Virus record (IMG/VR): IMGVR_UViG_3300048611_000148
Coordinates: 1 to 26,270 of that record
DNA from: a virus
Lineage: Duplodnaviria > Caudoviricetes
Length of the DNA stretch: 26,270 nt
Reading direction: 5' to 3' (one strand)
The position numbers and the translations under genes are program-made. Shown piece after piece: positions 1 through 7,586 of the stretch. The stretch's first letter is position 1; the number at the start of each line of letters is the position of its first letter. Under the pieces are notes generated by a model. It made no database searches, was not told the DNA's origin, and worked only from the letters and a program-made list of their open reading frames with translations.

Positions 1-1
1 C

Positions 2-274
2 TGCCCTGGGTGTAGGCAGCAGCACAAGCTTTTTGTGCAAAGCATTCGGGGGCCGGCCCAGATCGCCGTATCGCTAGCGGTTCAGGCTGGAGTTCTGCCC
101 AAGCTGGACGGGAACGTTAAATGCGTGGACTGCGGTATACCGGCGAAGGCATACGACCATCGTGAATATGCTAAGCCGCTAGAGGTGCAGCCGGTCTGTA
201 ACTCATGCAACTTCAGGCGGGGGCCAGCAAAAGAACTGCTCCCGCATATTCTGAAGCGCTGGAATGTCAATTAG
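2..274 (+). CDS. Small HNH-like zinc-binding phage protein, 5'-truncated by window edge
   Basis: Frame is open to the window start (CPGCRQQHKLF precedes the GTG at 35). CVDCG..AYDHREYAKPLEVQPVCNSCN fits the CxxC..H..CxxC pattern of small phage HNH proteins. Confidence 0.6.
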   Translation, partial: CPGCRQQHKLFVQSIRGPAQIAVSLAVQAGVLPKLDGNVKCVDCGIPAKAYDHREYAKPLEVQPVCNSCNFRRGPAKELLPHILKRWNVN

Positions 275-283
275 CGCCGGCTA

Positions 284-658
284 CTATGCGCGCCGGCGAC
301 GGCGGCCTTGAATCTTACGGATGAGGGACAGGGCCTCTAATTTTTCTTCGTGACTGAGATCTTCGATTGCGGAAAGCAGCTCTTCCCCAGCTCGGCGCTG
401 GCGTGAGTCATCAAAGAGCAAGGGGCTAGTGGGGATATCCAGTTGACCGCTTCGCAAGCCTACGCGCTCTTCAATCTTTCTTGCGACTTTCTCGCCAAAT
501 GACTTCCCGCTCGACTGACGGAGCAGGTCGCTAAAGTACTGTGGCTTGGGATTCTCAGGGTCGTAGGCACGCGCAATCTCAGACCGATTTCCCCGAAAGT
601 CCCGCTCAATCAATCGGATGAGATTGCGCCGACGCACGTCCGGGATAGAGCTTTCCAT
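284..658 (-). CDS. CI-like phage repressor (HTH only, no S24 peptidase domain), 124 aa
   Basis: RRRNLIRLIE..NRSEIAR..QYFSDLL..KSFGEKVARKIE resembles phage repressor N-domains. Divergent from a Cro-like gene. Start placed at ATG 658 because the longer ORF overlaps cro. Confidence 0.85.
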   Translation of the reverse strand: MESSIPDVRRRNLIRLIERDFRGNRSEIARAYDPENPKPQYFSDLLRQSSGKSFGEKVARKIEERVGLRSGQLDIPTSPLLFDDSRQRRAGEELLSAIEDLSHEEKLEALSLIRKIQGRRRRRA

Positions 659-664
659 GAGCGC

Positions 665-738
665 ATTGTCGGTCGATTTACACCGAATGGTGAATTCCAC
701 AGACGGTGTTGATTTTCTATACACCGTATGGTGATAAT
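665..738. promoter_or_regulatory. OR-like control region: three operator-like sites plus divergent PR/PRM-like promoters
   Basis: ACACCGAATGGTGA (680-693), ACACCGTATGGTGA (721-734) and degenerate TCCACAGACGGTGT (696-709). Rightward TTGATT(709)-18-GATAAT(733). Leftward -10 GACAAT (670-665). Confidence 0.8.
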
Positions 739-743
739 GGGTC

Positions 744-1004
744 ATGGGTCTGCGCGAATACTGGAAATCTCTATCCCCGGATGGCCGCAACGCTCTTGCC
801 GAGCGGTGCGAAACCACAACTGGACATCTCACCAACGTCGCATATGGCACGCGATCGTGCTCCGTGAAGCTCGCCGTTGCCCTCGAAAGAGAGACCAACG
901 GTAAATTTTCCTGTGAATCGCTCCGTCCTAATTTTGATTGGGCATACCTGCGCGGATCTCTGACCGCTACACCACCCACCGTGGCTAAGCGCAAACGCGC
1001 CTGA
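744..1004 (+). CDS. Cro-like repressor (YdaS/Cro family)
   Basis: ALAERCETTTGHLTNVAYGTRSCSVKLAVALERETNG..CESLRPNFDWAYLR is a typical YdaS/Cro pattern; divergent from cI. Confidence 0.88.
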   Translation: MGLREYWKSLSPDGRNALAERCETTTGHLTNVAYGTRSCSVKLAVALERETNGKFSCESLRPNFDWAYLRGSLTATPPTVAKRKRA

Positions 1005-1367
1005 TTGTTCTTGACCATGCCGCATGACCCCCGGTTGTCCGCATTGGTCACGCAATGGCGCGCACATGCGAGCTGTATTGATGGTGGGATCGCGAGGGTA
1101 GGCACGTAGGGCTATGTGCGGTATCGGACATAACCAAGATTGACAAGTGGGATTTGCGCGGATTTCCAGCGGAACGTTTTGTTGACTTCGCATCGATATT
1201 TTCACCCTCACAGCAACGCAAGAAATATCCAAACCGTGAGCGCCGCCACAAAAGTTGTAAGCCGAGGGGATGGGTTGCTGCGAGCAACTGGCGCTCGCAA
1301 ATTGATGTTTGTAGTTACTACCAAGCATGACCGCACTGTGCTGGCCGCTTTCAAAAAAGCCTAGACC

Positions 1368-1820
1368 ATGGACAGACAATCACGTTCAAAAAAATTGTCT
1401 AGCCCCGATCAGGCCACGCTTGATCTGCCTGTGCCGCGCCGTAATCCGCGCCCGTTCACGCTCGCCGAAGTCCGTGATTTGAAGAGTGAAAGCGAGGCCA
1501 TTCGCTTCAGCGTCTCGTGCTCTGGATACGAGACTAAAGAGATTCCGATGCTGTTCGGCATCGACGGCGGGCAGTGGTCGAACATCATCAACGGCAAGAA
1601 ACATTTCCCGCACGAGCGGCGCAACGAGTTCATGGACTTCGTCGGCAACGAGATTTTGTTGATGTATGCGTGCGAGTCGCGGCACTACAACTTCGAAACA
1701 CTGCGCCCACATCGGTCAAGCGTCGAAATTGAACTGGAAGCGTCCCGGCGGCGCGAGGCTGAGTTGGAACAGAAGCTCGCCATCCAGGAAGAGTTCGTTC
1801 GCAAGGTGATGGGCAAGTGA
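1368..1820 (+). CDS. CII-like phage transcriptional regulator
   Basis: HTH (GIDGGQWSNIINGKKHFP), FMDFVGNEILLMY motif and C-terminal coiled coil; located downstream of cro. Confidence 0.65.
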   Translation: MDRQSRSKKLSSPDQATLDLPVPRRNPRPFTLAEVRDLKSESEAIRFSVSCSGYETKEIPMLFGIDGGQWSNIINGKKHFPHERRNEFMDFVGNEILLMYACESRHYNFETLRPHRSSVEIELEASRRREAELEQKLAIQEEFVRKVMGK

Positions 1821-2185
1821 ATCAACAAACCAGAGGCCAGCATATGTCACAGCGCACCGACCCGATGTACTACGAATTCGATATCCGCGAGAACAAAACC
1901 AAGGAGGTCGTTCGCACTCGCATTTTCTGCTGGTGGACCGGCGAGCATTCCATTGCTGAGCGCAGGCGGATGTGTGATTGCCAACTCGGCGCGTTCTTCG
2001 ATACGCCCATCGAGCGAGCCCAAACCTGGGCAGACTTTTTGCGCTACGGACCAAGTAACAACCACGTTCACGAAAAGCAGTTGCGGTATTTGGAAGGTCA
2101 CACCTGCGACCACAAGCCCTCGCGCAAATACACCGTGACCAACGCCTACCTGCCCGGCGGTGATGTGATCGAGGTCGCCGCGTGA
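1817..2185 (+). CDS. Hypothetical phage protein
   Basis: GTGA overlap with the previous gene (an internal ATG start after GAGG is also possible); no family recognised. Confidence 0.6.
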   Translation: MNQQTRGQHMSQRTDPMYYEFDIRENKTKEVVRTRIFCWWTGEHSIAERRRMCDCQLGAFFDTPIERAQTWADFLRYGPSNNHVHEKQLRYLEGHTCDHKPSRKYTVTNAYLPGGDVIEVAA

Positions 2186-2255
2186 TTTCCCCGGGCTCCC
2201 GCGAACGAGCATCACAGAGGGCCGAGGGGCGGGCTGTGCTGTCGGCGGTGCGGGG

Positions 2256-2699
2256 ATGAGGTGCTGGATTCCATGGCGGCGTCCACCTGATTTCATTATT
2301 GGGTCAGCAGACAATCCATATCTACTGCGGTGGTGGCTACTTCCGCGCAACCACCTGTTCAACGTCTACTTGCACCACATCAAGCGCGACGATGACGACC
2401 GCGCGCTCCACGACCACCCGTGGTGGAACATCAGCATCATCCTGAAGGGTGGCTACGACGAGATCACACCAACAGGCCGGAAGCTTCGGCGTGCTGGCTC
2501 TGTTGTGTTTCGCCGAGCGACCACAGCCCATCGTCTTGCACTTCCTGTGATCAACGGCGGCATCACCTATTGCTGGTCGCTATTCATCACCGGCCCACGC
2601 ATTCGCGAGTGGGGATTTCATTGCCCACAAGGGTGGCGAGTGTGGCACGAGTTTGTTGATTCAAAGAAGAGGGGACAGGTTGGTCGAGGATGTGAGTGA
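2256..2699 (+). CDS. Conserved phage cupin-like protein (HDHPW motif)
   Basis: YLLRWWLLPRN..NVYLHHI..DDDRALHDHPW..SIILKGGY.E..HRL..WSLFITGP..REWGF. Confidence 0.8.
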   Translation: MRCWIPWRRPPDFIIGSADNPYLLRWWLLPRNHLFNVYLHHIKRDDDDRALHDHPWWNISIILKGGYDEITPTGRKLRRAGSVVFRRATTAHRLALPVINGGITYCWSLFITGPRIREWGFHCPQGWRVWHEFVDSKKRGQVGRGCE

Positions 2700-2750
2700 G
2701 TCGCGCATCGGCATAGCGCAGGCGCCGGGATAGCTCGGCAGACCAGTTAC

Positions 2751-2779
2751 AAAAAAGCCCGCGGTTTTTACGCGCGGGC
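2751..2779 (-). terminator. Intrinsic terminator for antisense (leftward) transcription
   Basis: GCCCGCG/CGCGGGC hairpin (2757-2779) preceded by A6, i.e. hairpin plus U6 on the minus strand. Confidence 0.6.
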
Positions 2780-3022
2780 GAGGTTCATAGCAATGGCCGC
2801 TGGCGGAATAGCAACCGGTAGTGAAACGCCTGTAAAGGCGTGCGGTTCCGTGGACGTCGAACGCGAGTGTGGGCGGGGAAAGCGGCTGGGACTCGGTGGC
2901 CTAGCCGGCCCAGCCGCTTCGCCCTTGGGCTCACAAACGTCGGCGGCCCAAATTGAAAAACGCCTGGTGGGCGAGAACCAACCAGGCGTCTTGAGCAAAC
3001 TCAAAGCTTCAGTAACGGCTTA

Positions 3023-3051
3023 AGTATCGCTCAAGTTCGATCGGGACTCAA
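3023..3051 (-). promoter_or_regulatory. Putative sigma70 antisense promoter
   Basis: Minus strand reads TTGAGT-17 nt-GATACT, pointing at the terminator at 2751-2779. Confidence 0.45.
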
Positions 3052-3316
3052 GGCCCTTCCGCCAGGCCGGAATTGGAGGTGGAAATGCCGATGACGGCCG
3101 TTTCAGAAATCAGGCGCTGCTTGCCACGGCAACCTGGACCCGTGATGCCCCGAAAGGGGGGTCTACAAGCTTTGGAGGCTTGGATGGGGGAACGACAAGT
3201 ACCGCGGTTTAGGCCGCCTCGGGTCCTGAAGGGGATTCCGGACGTGAATCCAGGAGGGAAGGATCACGGGGGAAAGTGGCGGAACTTTGTCCGATAGAAA
3301 CGCGAGGTGTGTCGAA

Positions 3317-3631
3317 ATGAGCGTTGCACGCATGTTCTGCCAACAATGCAATGGAGAGACGCTGCATACAGGAATGACCTGTGTGCACTGTGGTAGTGGT
3401 TCAGTCGTCCCGATCAATCCAGTACGAAAGCGTGGATATAACAACGCCGCCGTCCGTCGGCCGTACACCGTCGAATGGCGCGGCGAGCTGCTATCGCTGA
3501 AGCAGATTGCGAGGCGGGAAGGCGTCGCTTACTCAACGCTGACGGAGCGTTTCAGAAACGACCTTCGCGGCGACAAGTTGGTGGCGAAGGTGCCGCCGAT
3601 GCGGGCGAGACCGAAGGCGAGGGCAGCGTGA
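3317..3631 (+). CDS. Zn-ribbon plus HTH DNA-binding protein
   Basis: GAGGT SD. CQQC..CVHC, then VEWRGELLSLKQIARREGVAYSTLTERF (HTH of the type appended to phage HNH proteins). Confidence 0.7.
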   Translation: MSVARMFCQQCNGETLHTGMTCVHCGSGSVVPINPVRKRGYNNAAVRRPYTVEWRGELLSLKQIARREGVAYSTLTERFRNDLRGDKLVAKVPPMRARPKARAA

Positions 3632-3660
3632 CCATCATGGCTAAGGTTCCACGTGGAGAG

Positions 3661-3669
3661 TTATCCACA
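3661..3669 (+). promoter_or_regulatory. Perfect DnaA box (TTATCCACA)
   Basis: Exact consensus and the only perfect copy noticed in the window; function unproven. Confidence 0.35.
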
Positions 3670-3703
3670 GCGCGTCCCAAGCCGCCGGAGCGTCACTCGT
3701 GAC

Positions 3704-3904
3704 ATGCGCTGGCGAAAATACCAGCACTACTGGCGTCGCGCCGACGGCAAATATTTCATCTGCCGCTCCCCCTGCCCAATACGCCACGCCGACGTCTACC
3801 TGGCTTGGTACGGCAGCACCAGCATCAGCGAGCGCGCACGTGATTCGTTCGAGTCCGCAGTGGCGGATTGCACTGCGCACATACAGCAAACATTGAAGGG
3901 GTGA
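3704..3904 (+). CDS. Hypothetical protein
   Basis: ATG 3704 after GGAG; fits the tightly packed operon. Confidence 0.55.
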   Translation: MRWRKYQHYWRRADGKYFICRSPCPIRHADVYLAWYGSTSISERARDSFESAVADCTAHIQQTLKG

Positions 3905-3909
3905 CGACC

Positions 3910-4383
3910 ATGAAAACCGAAATCAACACCACCGCCGAGATAGGCAAGTCCGTGAACATCAAGCGCGAGAAGGACGGCGATACCGAAGTCGTCGTTGCGC
4001 ACCTGAAGTTCGACGCCGCGCTCGTGCCGCGCGAAACCATCGACGACTTGGTGGGCCAGCCAATCGGCTGGGCGCAAGGTTGTTTGTTCGACGAACTCGG
4101 CGCACCCATTGGCCACGTTGAGATTCACCTGCCACGCCTCACGTTGACCGCGACGGGAAAAATTCGCGGCATCAAGAGCCACGAAGAAATCACACTGCGG
4201 CAGGCGCGCCTCGACGACATCGCGTTGCGACTCACCGACAACGGTGCGCTGCTGTCGGGGTCGCTGGCGTGGAAGATTGCCGGCGATGAGGCGAGTGACT
4301 TGGAGCCCTTGCTTGGCCGCACTTGCATCCTGCACGTCATCGCGCAGGACAGCGGCCAGCAGGACATGCTGCAAGCAGCGTAG
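3910..4383 (+). CDS. Hypothetical phage protein (157 aa)
   Basis: AGGGGTG SD before ATG 3910; globular protein-like composition. Confidence 0.75.
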   Translation: MKTEINTTAEIGKSVNIKREKDGDTEVVVAHLKFDAALVPRETIDDLVGQPIGWAQGCLFDELGAPIGHVEIHLPRLTLTATGKIRGIKSHEEITLRQARLDDIALRLTDNGALLSGSLAWKIAGDEASDLEPLLGRTCILHVIAQDSGQQDMLQAA

Positions 4384-4388
4384 CAGCC

Positions 4389-4568
4389 ATGAAGCCCATC
4401 ACCCCCGGCAAGCTGCTATCCCCCGGCGAAAGCGTGCGCCTGGCCATCAAGGACAGCGCCGAGCGGCAAGTCCTGATCGAGCACATCGCCGCCCAGCTGC
4501 GCAAGGCCGAGCGGAATAAGGAAACATCAGAGCTATCGCCGCTGCAGTGGTATCGGAGGATGCGGTGA
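4389..4568 (+). CDS. Hypothetical protein
   Basis: Fills the gap between genes; GTGA coupling to the next gene. Confidence 0.55.
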   Translation: MKPITPGKLLSPGESVRLAIKDSAERQVLIEHIAAQLRKAERNKETSELSPLQWYRRMR

Positions 4569-4753
4569 CCGCTGACCAACTCACCGCCGCCGAAGCAATG
4601 CACGCCGCATTGAATAACCTGCCGTGTCGCTGCGAGTGGAATGTGCCGTACTCAGATTCGAAGGTGCCGCGAGTGGTGACGAATCAATGCGCCCGCTGCC
4701 GTTCGATGGCTGCGTGGCGGTTGGCGGCGGAAGGGGAGGCGAAGGCGTCATGA
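4565..4753 (+). CDS. Small Cys-containing hypothetical protein
   Basis: GGAGG SD, CRC..CARC motif, ATGA overlap with the next gene. Confidence 0.55.
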   Translation: MTADQLTAAEAMHAALNNLPCRCEWNVPYSDSKVPRVVTNQCARCRSMAAWRLAAEGEAKAS

Positions 4754-5133
4754 GTGAGCAAGTGCCGTCGAAGGAGCTGTTGCCGTGTCCGTTCTGCGGC
4801 TTCGTTGTTCGGTTCTGTAGCGACCCGACTCACGAATGTCACTATATCGTCTGCAGCGGGTGCCAAGCGGTCGTCGACATGACGCTGGGTACCGATGATG
4901 ATATTGAGTTGCTGGACGACCTGAGGGTGGCTTGCGCCGAGAAATGGAATAAGCGAGCCGACCGCGAGCCGCCAGCTAAGCGCAGCAAGTTCGACCTTGC
5001 CTTCGAGATCATGCGCCAACTACAAGCCGAAGACATGGATACGATGCAATCGTGCCAGTTCGGCTATGTGATGCGAGTCACCCGAGAGCGAGCGTCACAA
5101 CCTCCGGGAGATGACCATGCCAACGATGGTTGA
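4750..5133 (+). CDS. Lar-family restriction alleviation-like protein
   Basis: ELLPCPFCG..YIVCSGC..AEKWNKRA signature. Confidence 0.7.
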   Translation: MSEQVPSKELLPCPFCGFVVRFCSDPTHECHYIVCSGCQAVVDMTLGTDDDIELLDDLRVACAEKWNKRADREPPAKRSKFDLAFEIMRQLQAEDMDTMQSCQFGYVMRVTRERASQPPGDDHANDG

Positions 5134-5314
5134 GATCACGAAGGCATCTCGTGCGCGCGCTGCCAAAGCGCTTGCCTTGCGTCGCCAGGGAAAGCTGCTG
5201 AAAGAGATTGGCGCAGAGCTTGGCGTTGGTGTGGACCGAGCGCGGTGCCTAGTAGCGAAAGGCGAGCGTTTGGAAGCTCGATCGAAGTTGCCGAGGGATG
5301 GCCAATGCGCCTAA
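5111..5314 (+). CDS. Small HTH protein (sigma70 region-4-like)
   Basis: LRRQGKLLKEIGAELGVGVDRARCLV; exact start uncertain. Confidence 0.6.
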   Translation: MTMPTMVEITKASRARAAKALALRRQGKLLKEIGAELGVGVDRARCLVAKGERLEARSKLPRDGQCA

Positions 5315-5697
5315 CCGAACAGCAGTACGCCGAAATGCAGCGCGTCGCGACAGCAGTCAAGGCAGCGAAGAAGTCGAAGTATCGGAACGTGCGCTGCGAA
5401 TCTGCGGACGGGAAGAAGTTCGATTCGAAATGGGAAGCCAAGCGCTTTGAGCAATTGAAGCTGATGGAGGCGTCCGGGGAGATTCGCGACCTGCGTGACC
5501 ATGTGAGTTTCCCGCTGATGGTCGGTGATGAACTAATCGGCTCGTACGAGGCCGACGCCGTGTACTTCGACGTGAAGTCCGGGCGAAAGGTCGTGGAAGA
5601 TTCAAAGGGCGGTGCGCCGACGCGGCTATTCCGTTGGAAGGCAAAACATTTCAAAGCACAATATGGCTTCGAGATTACCGAGGTGAGAAAAACGTGA
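5305..5697 (+). CDS. DUF1064 family protein (putative PD-(D/E)XK endonuclease/resolvase)
   Basis: SKYRNV..DGKKFDSKWEAKRF..LKL..GEIRDL..YEADAVY..VVEDSKG. Confidence 0.88.
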   Translation: MRLTEQQYAEMQRVATAVKAAKKSKYRNVRCESADGKKFDSKWEAKRFEQLKLMEASGEIRDLRDHVSFPLMVGDELIGSYEADAVYFDVKSGRKVVEDSKGGAPTRLFRWKAKHFKAQYGFEITEVRKT

Positions 5698-6128
5698 TCC
5701 CCCGCCTCATCACCTACAACGGTGCCCGCCTCACCCTGCGCCAACTCTCAAAAGCCACCGGCCTCACCTACCCCTGCCTAGCCGGCCGCTATCGCAAAGG
5801 CGACCGCGAGCCGAGGTTATGGCGTCCACCGGATTGCATGGGCGGCTATCGCAAGCCCAAGTCGCCGCATTCACTGCGCGGCGAAGGCGCAACCGCACGT
5901 GCTCGCGAGGAAGAGGCAGTGAAACGCGAGGACCAGCGTAAGCGCGTGAGCGACAGGGCAGGGCGTGTCGCTGAAATGCGGGCCGAACATGCAGCGGCCA
6001 TGTCCGCCCCGCTGATCGACGCGTCGCTGCTCACAGCGGCTGAGCGTGTGGCGAATGCGAGGCGTGTGAGGAATTCAGGGCAGCGAAGTTGGCGGGTTAG
6101 TGGGGCATCAATGGGAGCAGCACTGTGA
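5694..6128 (+). CDS. HTH-containing hypothetical protein
   Basis: GTGA overlap; ITYNGARLTLRQLSKATGLTYPCLAGRYRKG is similar to the HTH of 3317-3631. Confidence 0.65.
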   Translation: MIPRLITYNGARLTLRQLSKATGLTYPCLAGRYRKGDREPRLWRPPDCMGGYRKPKSPHSLRGEGATARAREEEAVKREDQRKRVSDRAGRVAEMRAEHAAAMSAPLIDASLLTAAERVANARRVRNSGQRSWRVSGASMGAAL

Positions 6129-6805
6129 GCGAAGAAACATCAAAAGAGAAAATCGCCAGAGCAGTGACGGACTTGGAGTCCATTGCCGAGTACGCATACT
6201 CGAATGGCCTGCATGAGTTTGGCTACACGCCCCACGAGACGCTGCTGGCTGAGATTCAGCGCCTACACACTCTGCTTGGGAGTATCGCGTTACCTGACAC
6301 AAATCCGATGGGGCGCGATGCTGACTGGGTGCTTTTTCGTAAGCGAAAAGAGGAGCGAGCGCTCGCGAATCACGGGGCGGATTTGATTGCCGGCCGAACC
6401 TACGCGGATACAGCTGGTACGTACGCCGCGCCATCACCATTCGCAACGCAAATGGACACCTCCGACAGTTCGCCGGTGCCGCAGCAAGAGATTGTGAGCG
6501 CCATTCACCATCACGCACGCGAGATTGCCCGACTGACTGAGGCGTGGCCGGCACCAAGCGACTCAGATGATGACGGAATAGGTGCTGGCATACCACCTGA
6601 CGGGGTACCGCGTCTGCCGAGACTCCTGAAACGATGCGAGGAAGCCATTGCCGATCTGTTCGAGTTCGAAAAGGTCGAGCGCGACAAATACGTTGGGTAC
6701 CCATTGTGGGATCGCCACAACCTGCGCGTGGTTGAAGTCGGCGAGTTGCTGGCCGATGTGCGAGCCGCGTTACCGCCGGATGATTTAGCAAAGGCGGGCA
6801 CGTGA
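6125..6805 (+). CDS. Hypothetical phage protein
   Basis: 226 aa ORF coupled at both ends by GTGA overlaps. Confidence 0.65.
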   Translation: MSEETSKEKIARAVTDLESIAEYAYSNGLHEFGYTPHETLLAEIQRLHTLLGSIALPDTNPMGRDADWVLFRKRKEERALANHGADLIAGRTYADTAGTYAAPSPFATQMDTSDSSPVPQQEIVSAIHHHAREIARLTEAWPAPSDSDDDGIGAGIPPDGVPRLPRLLKRCEEAIADLFEFEKVERDKYVGYPLWDRHNLRVVEVGELLADVRAALPPDDLAKAGT

Positions 6806-7242
6806 GCGCCAACACCCTGGACCGCTTCGCGCGGCAGGAGATCGACGCCGAACTCAACAGTTGGGGCCGGTGGATTGAGCGGCACGCGGACTACACCGGT
6901 CACCCCAGCGTGAATTTTCTTGTCGCGCAGTTCTACGGCGCCGGCGGCAGCACCCCAGGGCATCGTGTGCTTTGCCTGGACATGCCGGACCACATCTACG
7001 CCACGCACGCCCGGGTCCTCAGGCTCAATGAGCGCGAACGCGAGGCCGTCTACCTGTTTTTCGCGGTGAAACTCAAAGCGGATGGCACGCTGTGGACGGT
7101 GGCCGAGAAGAGCCGAATCTATGGCATCAAGGAAGAATCACTGCGCCGCAGGCTCGCCCGAGCACGATATCGAATCCTCGGTCTGCCGGTTCCCGACGCT
7201 TTAACTGGCAAACGAGTTGCTAACTTGTCCGCTGTGGGATAA
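6802..7242 (+). CDS. Late-gene antiterminator Q-like protein
   Basis: IDAELNSWGRW N-terminus and C-terminal sigma-R4-like HTH (LRRRLARARYRI). Last gene of the early operon, followed by a promoter and terminator. Confidence 0.75.
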   Translation: MSANTLDRFARQEIDAELNSWGRWIERHADYTGHPSVNFLVAQFYGAGGSTPGHRVLCLDMPDHIYATHARVLRLNEREREAVYLFFAVKLKADGTLWTVAEKSRIYGIKEESLRRRLARARYRILGLPVPDALTGKRVANLSAVG

Positions 7243-7245
7243 TTT
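7217..7245 (+). promoter_or_regulatory. Putative late promoter pR'
   Basis: TTGCTA-17-TAATTT overlapping the end of Q; canonical position. Confidence 0.45.
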
Positions 7246-7270
7246 TAGGCTATTGTCAAAAATAGTCACT

Positions 7271-7299
7271 GAGGCCCGCCAAGCGGGTCTTTTCGTTTT
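7271..7299 (+). terminator. tR'-like intrinsic terminator
   Basis: AGGCCCGC-CAA-GCGGGTCT followed by TTTCGTTTT. Confidence 0.8.
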
Positions 7300-7361
7300 C
7301 GCGCTCGCCGAGTCGCCACCTCATCCCCTTCCGGCACTCGGCCAGCGCGGTCCGCTCTCGG

Positions 7362-7586
7362 TCATCGCGCACGCGACCGGTCCAGCAGACCCCAGTCATG
7401 CACTCGGTACTGGCCGTCCTCACAGGCCACATCAGCGGCCAGCTGCTCGCGCAGGTCGATGAGAGTGCGATACAGGGTGGCCCGAGACATCTTCGTCGCG
7501 CGCAGCAACTCCCCGGCCGTCCTGGGGCGCTTGTCGCACGCCCGCAGGATGGCGAGGCAGTTGGTCAGGTCGAGTTTAGAGCGCAT
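7362..7586 (-). CDS. Small winged-HTH protein
   Basis: TAGELLRATKMSRATLYRTLIDLRE..GQYRV. Confidence 0.7.
   Translation of the reverse strand: MRSKLDLTNCLAILRACDKRPRTAGELLRATKMSRATLYRTLIDLREQLAADVACEDGQYRVHDWGLLDRSRAR

Larger units (their letters stand above)
2720..3300 (+). ncRNA. Putative large structured non-coding RNA / origin region
   Basis: No convincing ORF. More than 12 stems, e.g. 2795-2805/2938-2948 (11 bp), 2880-2890/2909-2919 (11 bp perfect), 2960-2968/2981-2989, 2990-2996/3029-3035, 3139-3146/3263-3270. GNRA loops at 2832-2835 (GTAA) and 3152-3155 (GAAA). G-U pairs favour the + strand. Confidence 0.55.

Noticed and set aside
659-1105. N-terminal extension of the repressor ORF
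   Set aside because: Overlaps the operators and cro on the opposite strand.
2958-3052. Short identities to the ColE1 origin as I remember it (AAACGCCTGGT, GGACTCAAG)
   Set aside because: Too short and in a different order; not evidence of homology or vector contamination.
2793-3297. ORFs 2793-3023 and 3073-3297 as real genes, or TAG read-through across the gap
   Set aside because: G/P/A/R-rich, no clear SD or gene coupling; frames also hit TAA; TAG is used as a normal stop elsewhere in the window.
2700-3300. Group I/II intron, RNase P, tmRNA or tRNA identity for the structured region
   Set aside because: No P7 pair, domain V, RNase P P4 motifs or cloverleaf found, and the flanking genes are not split.
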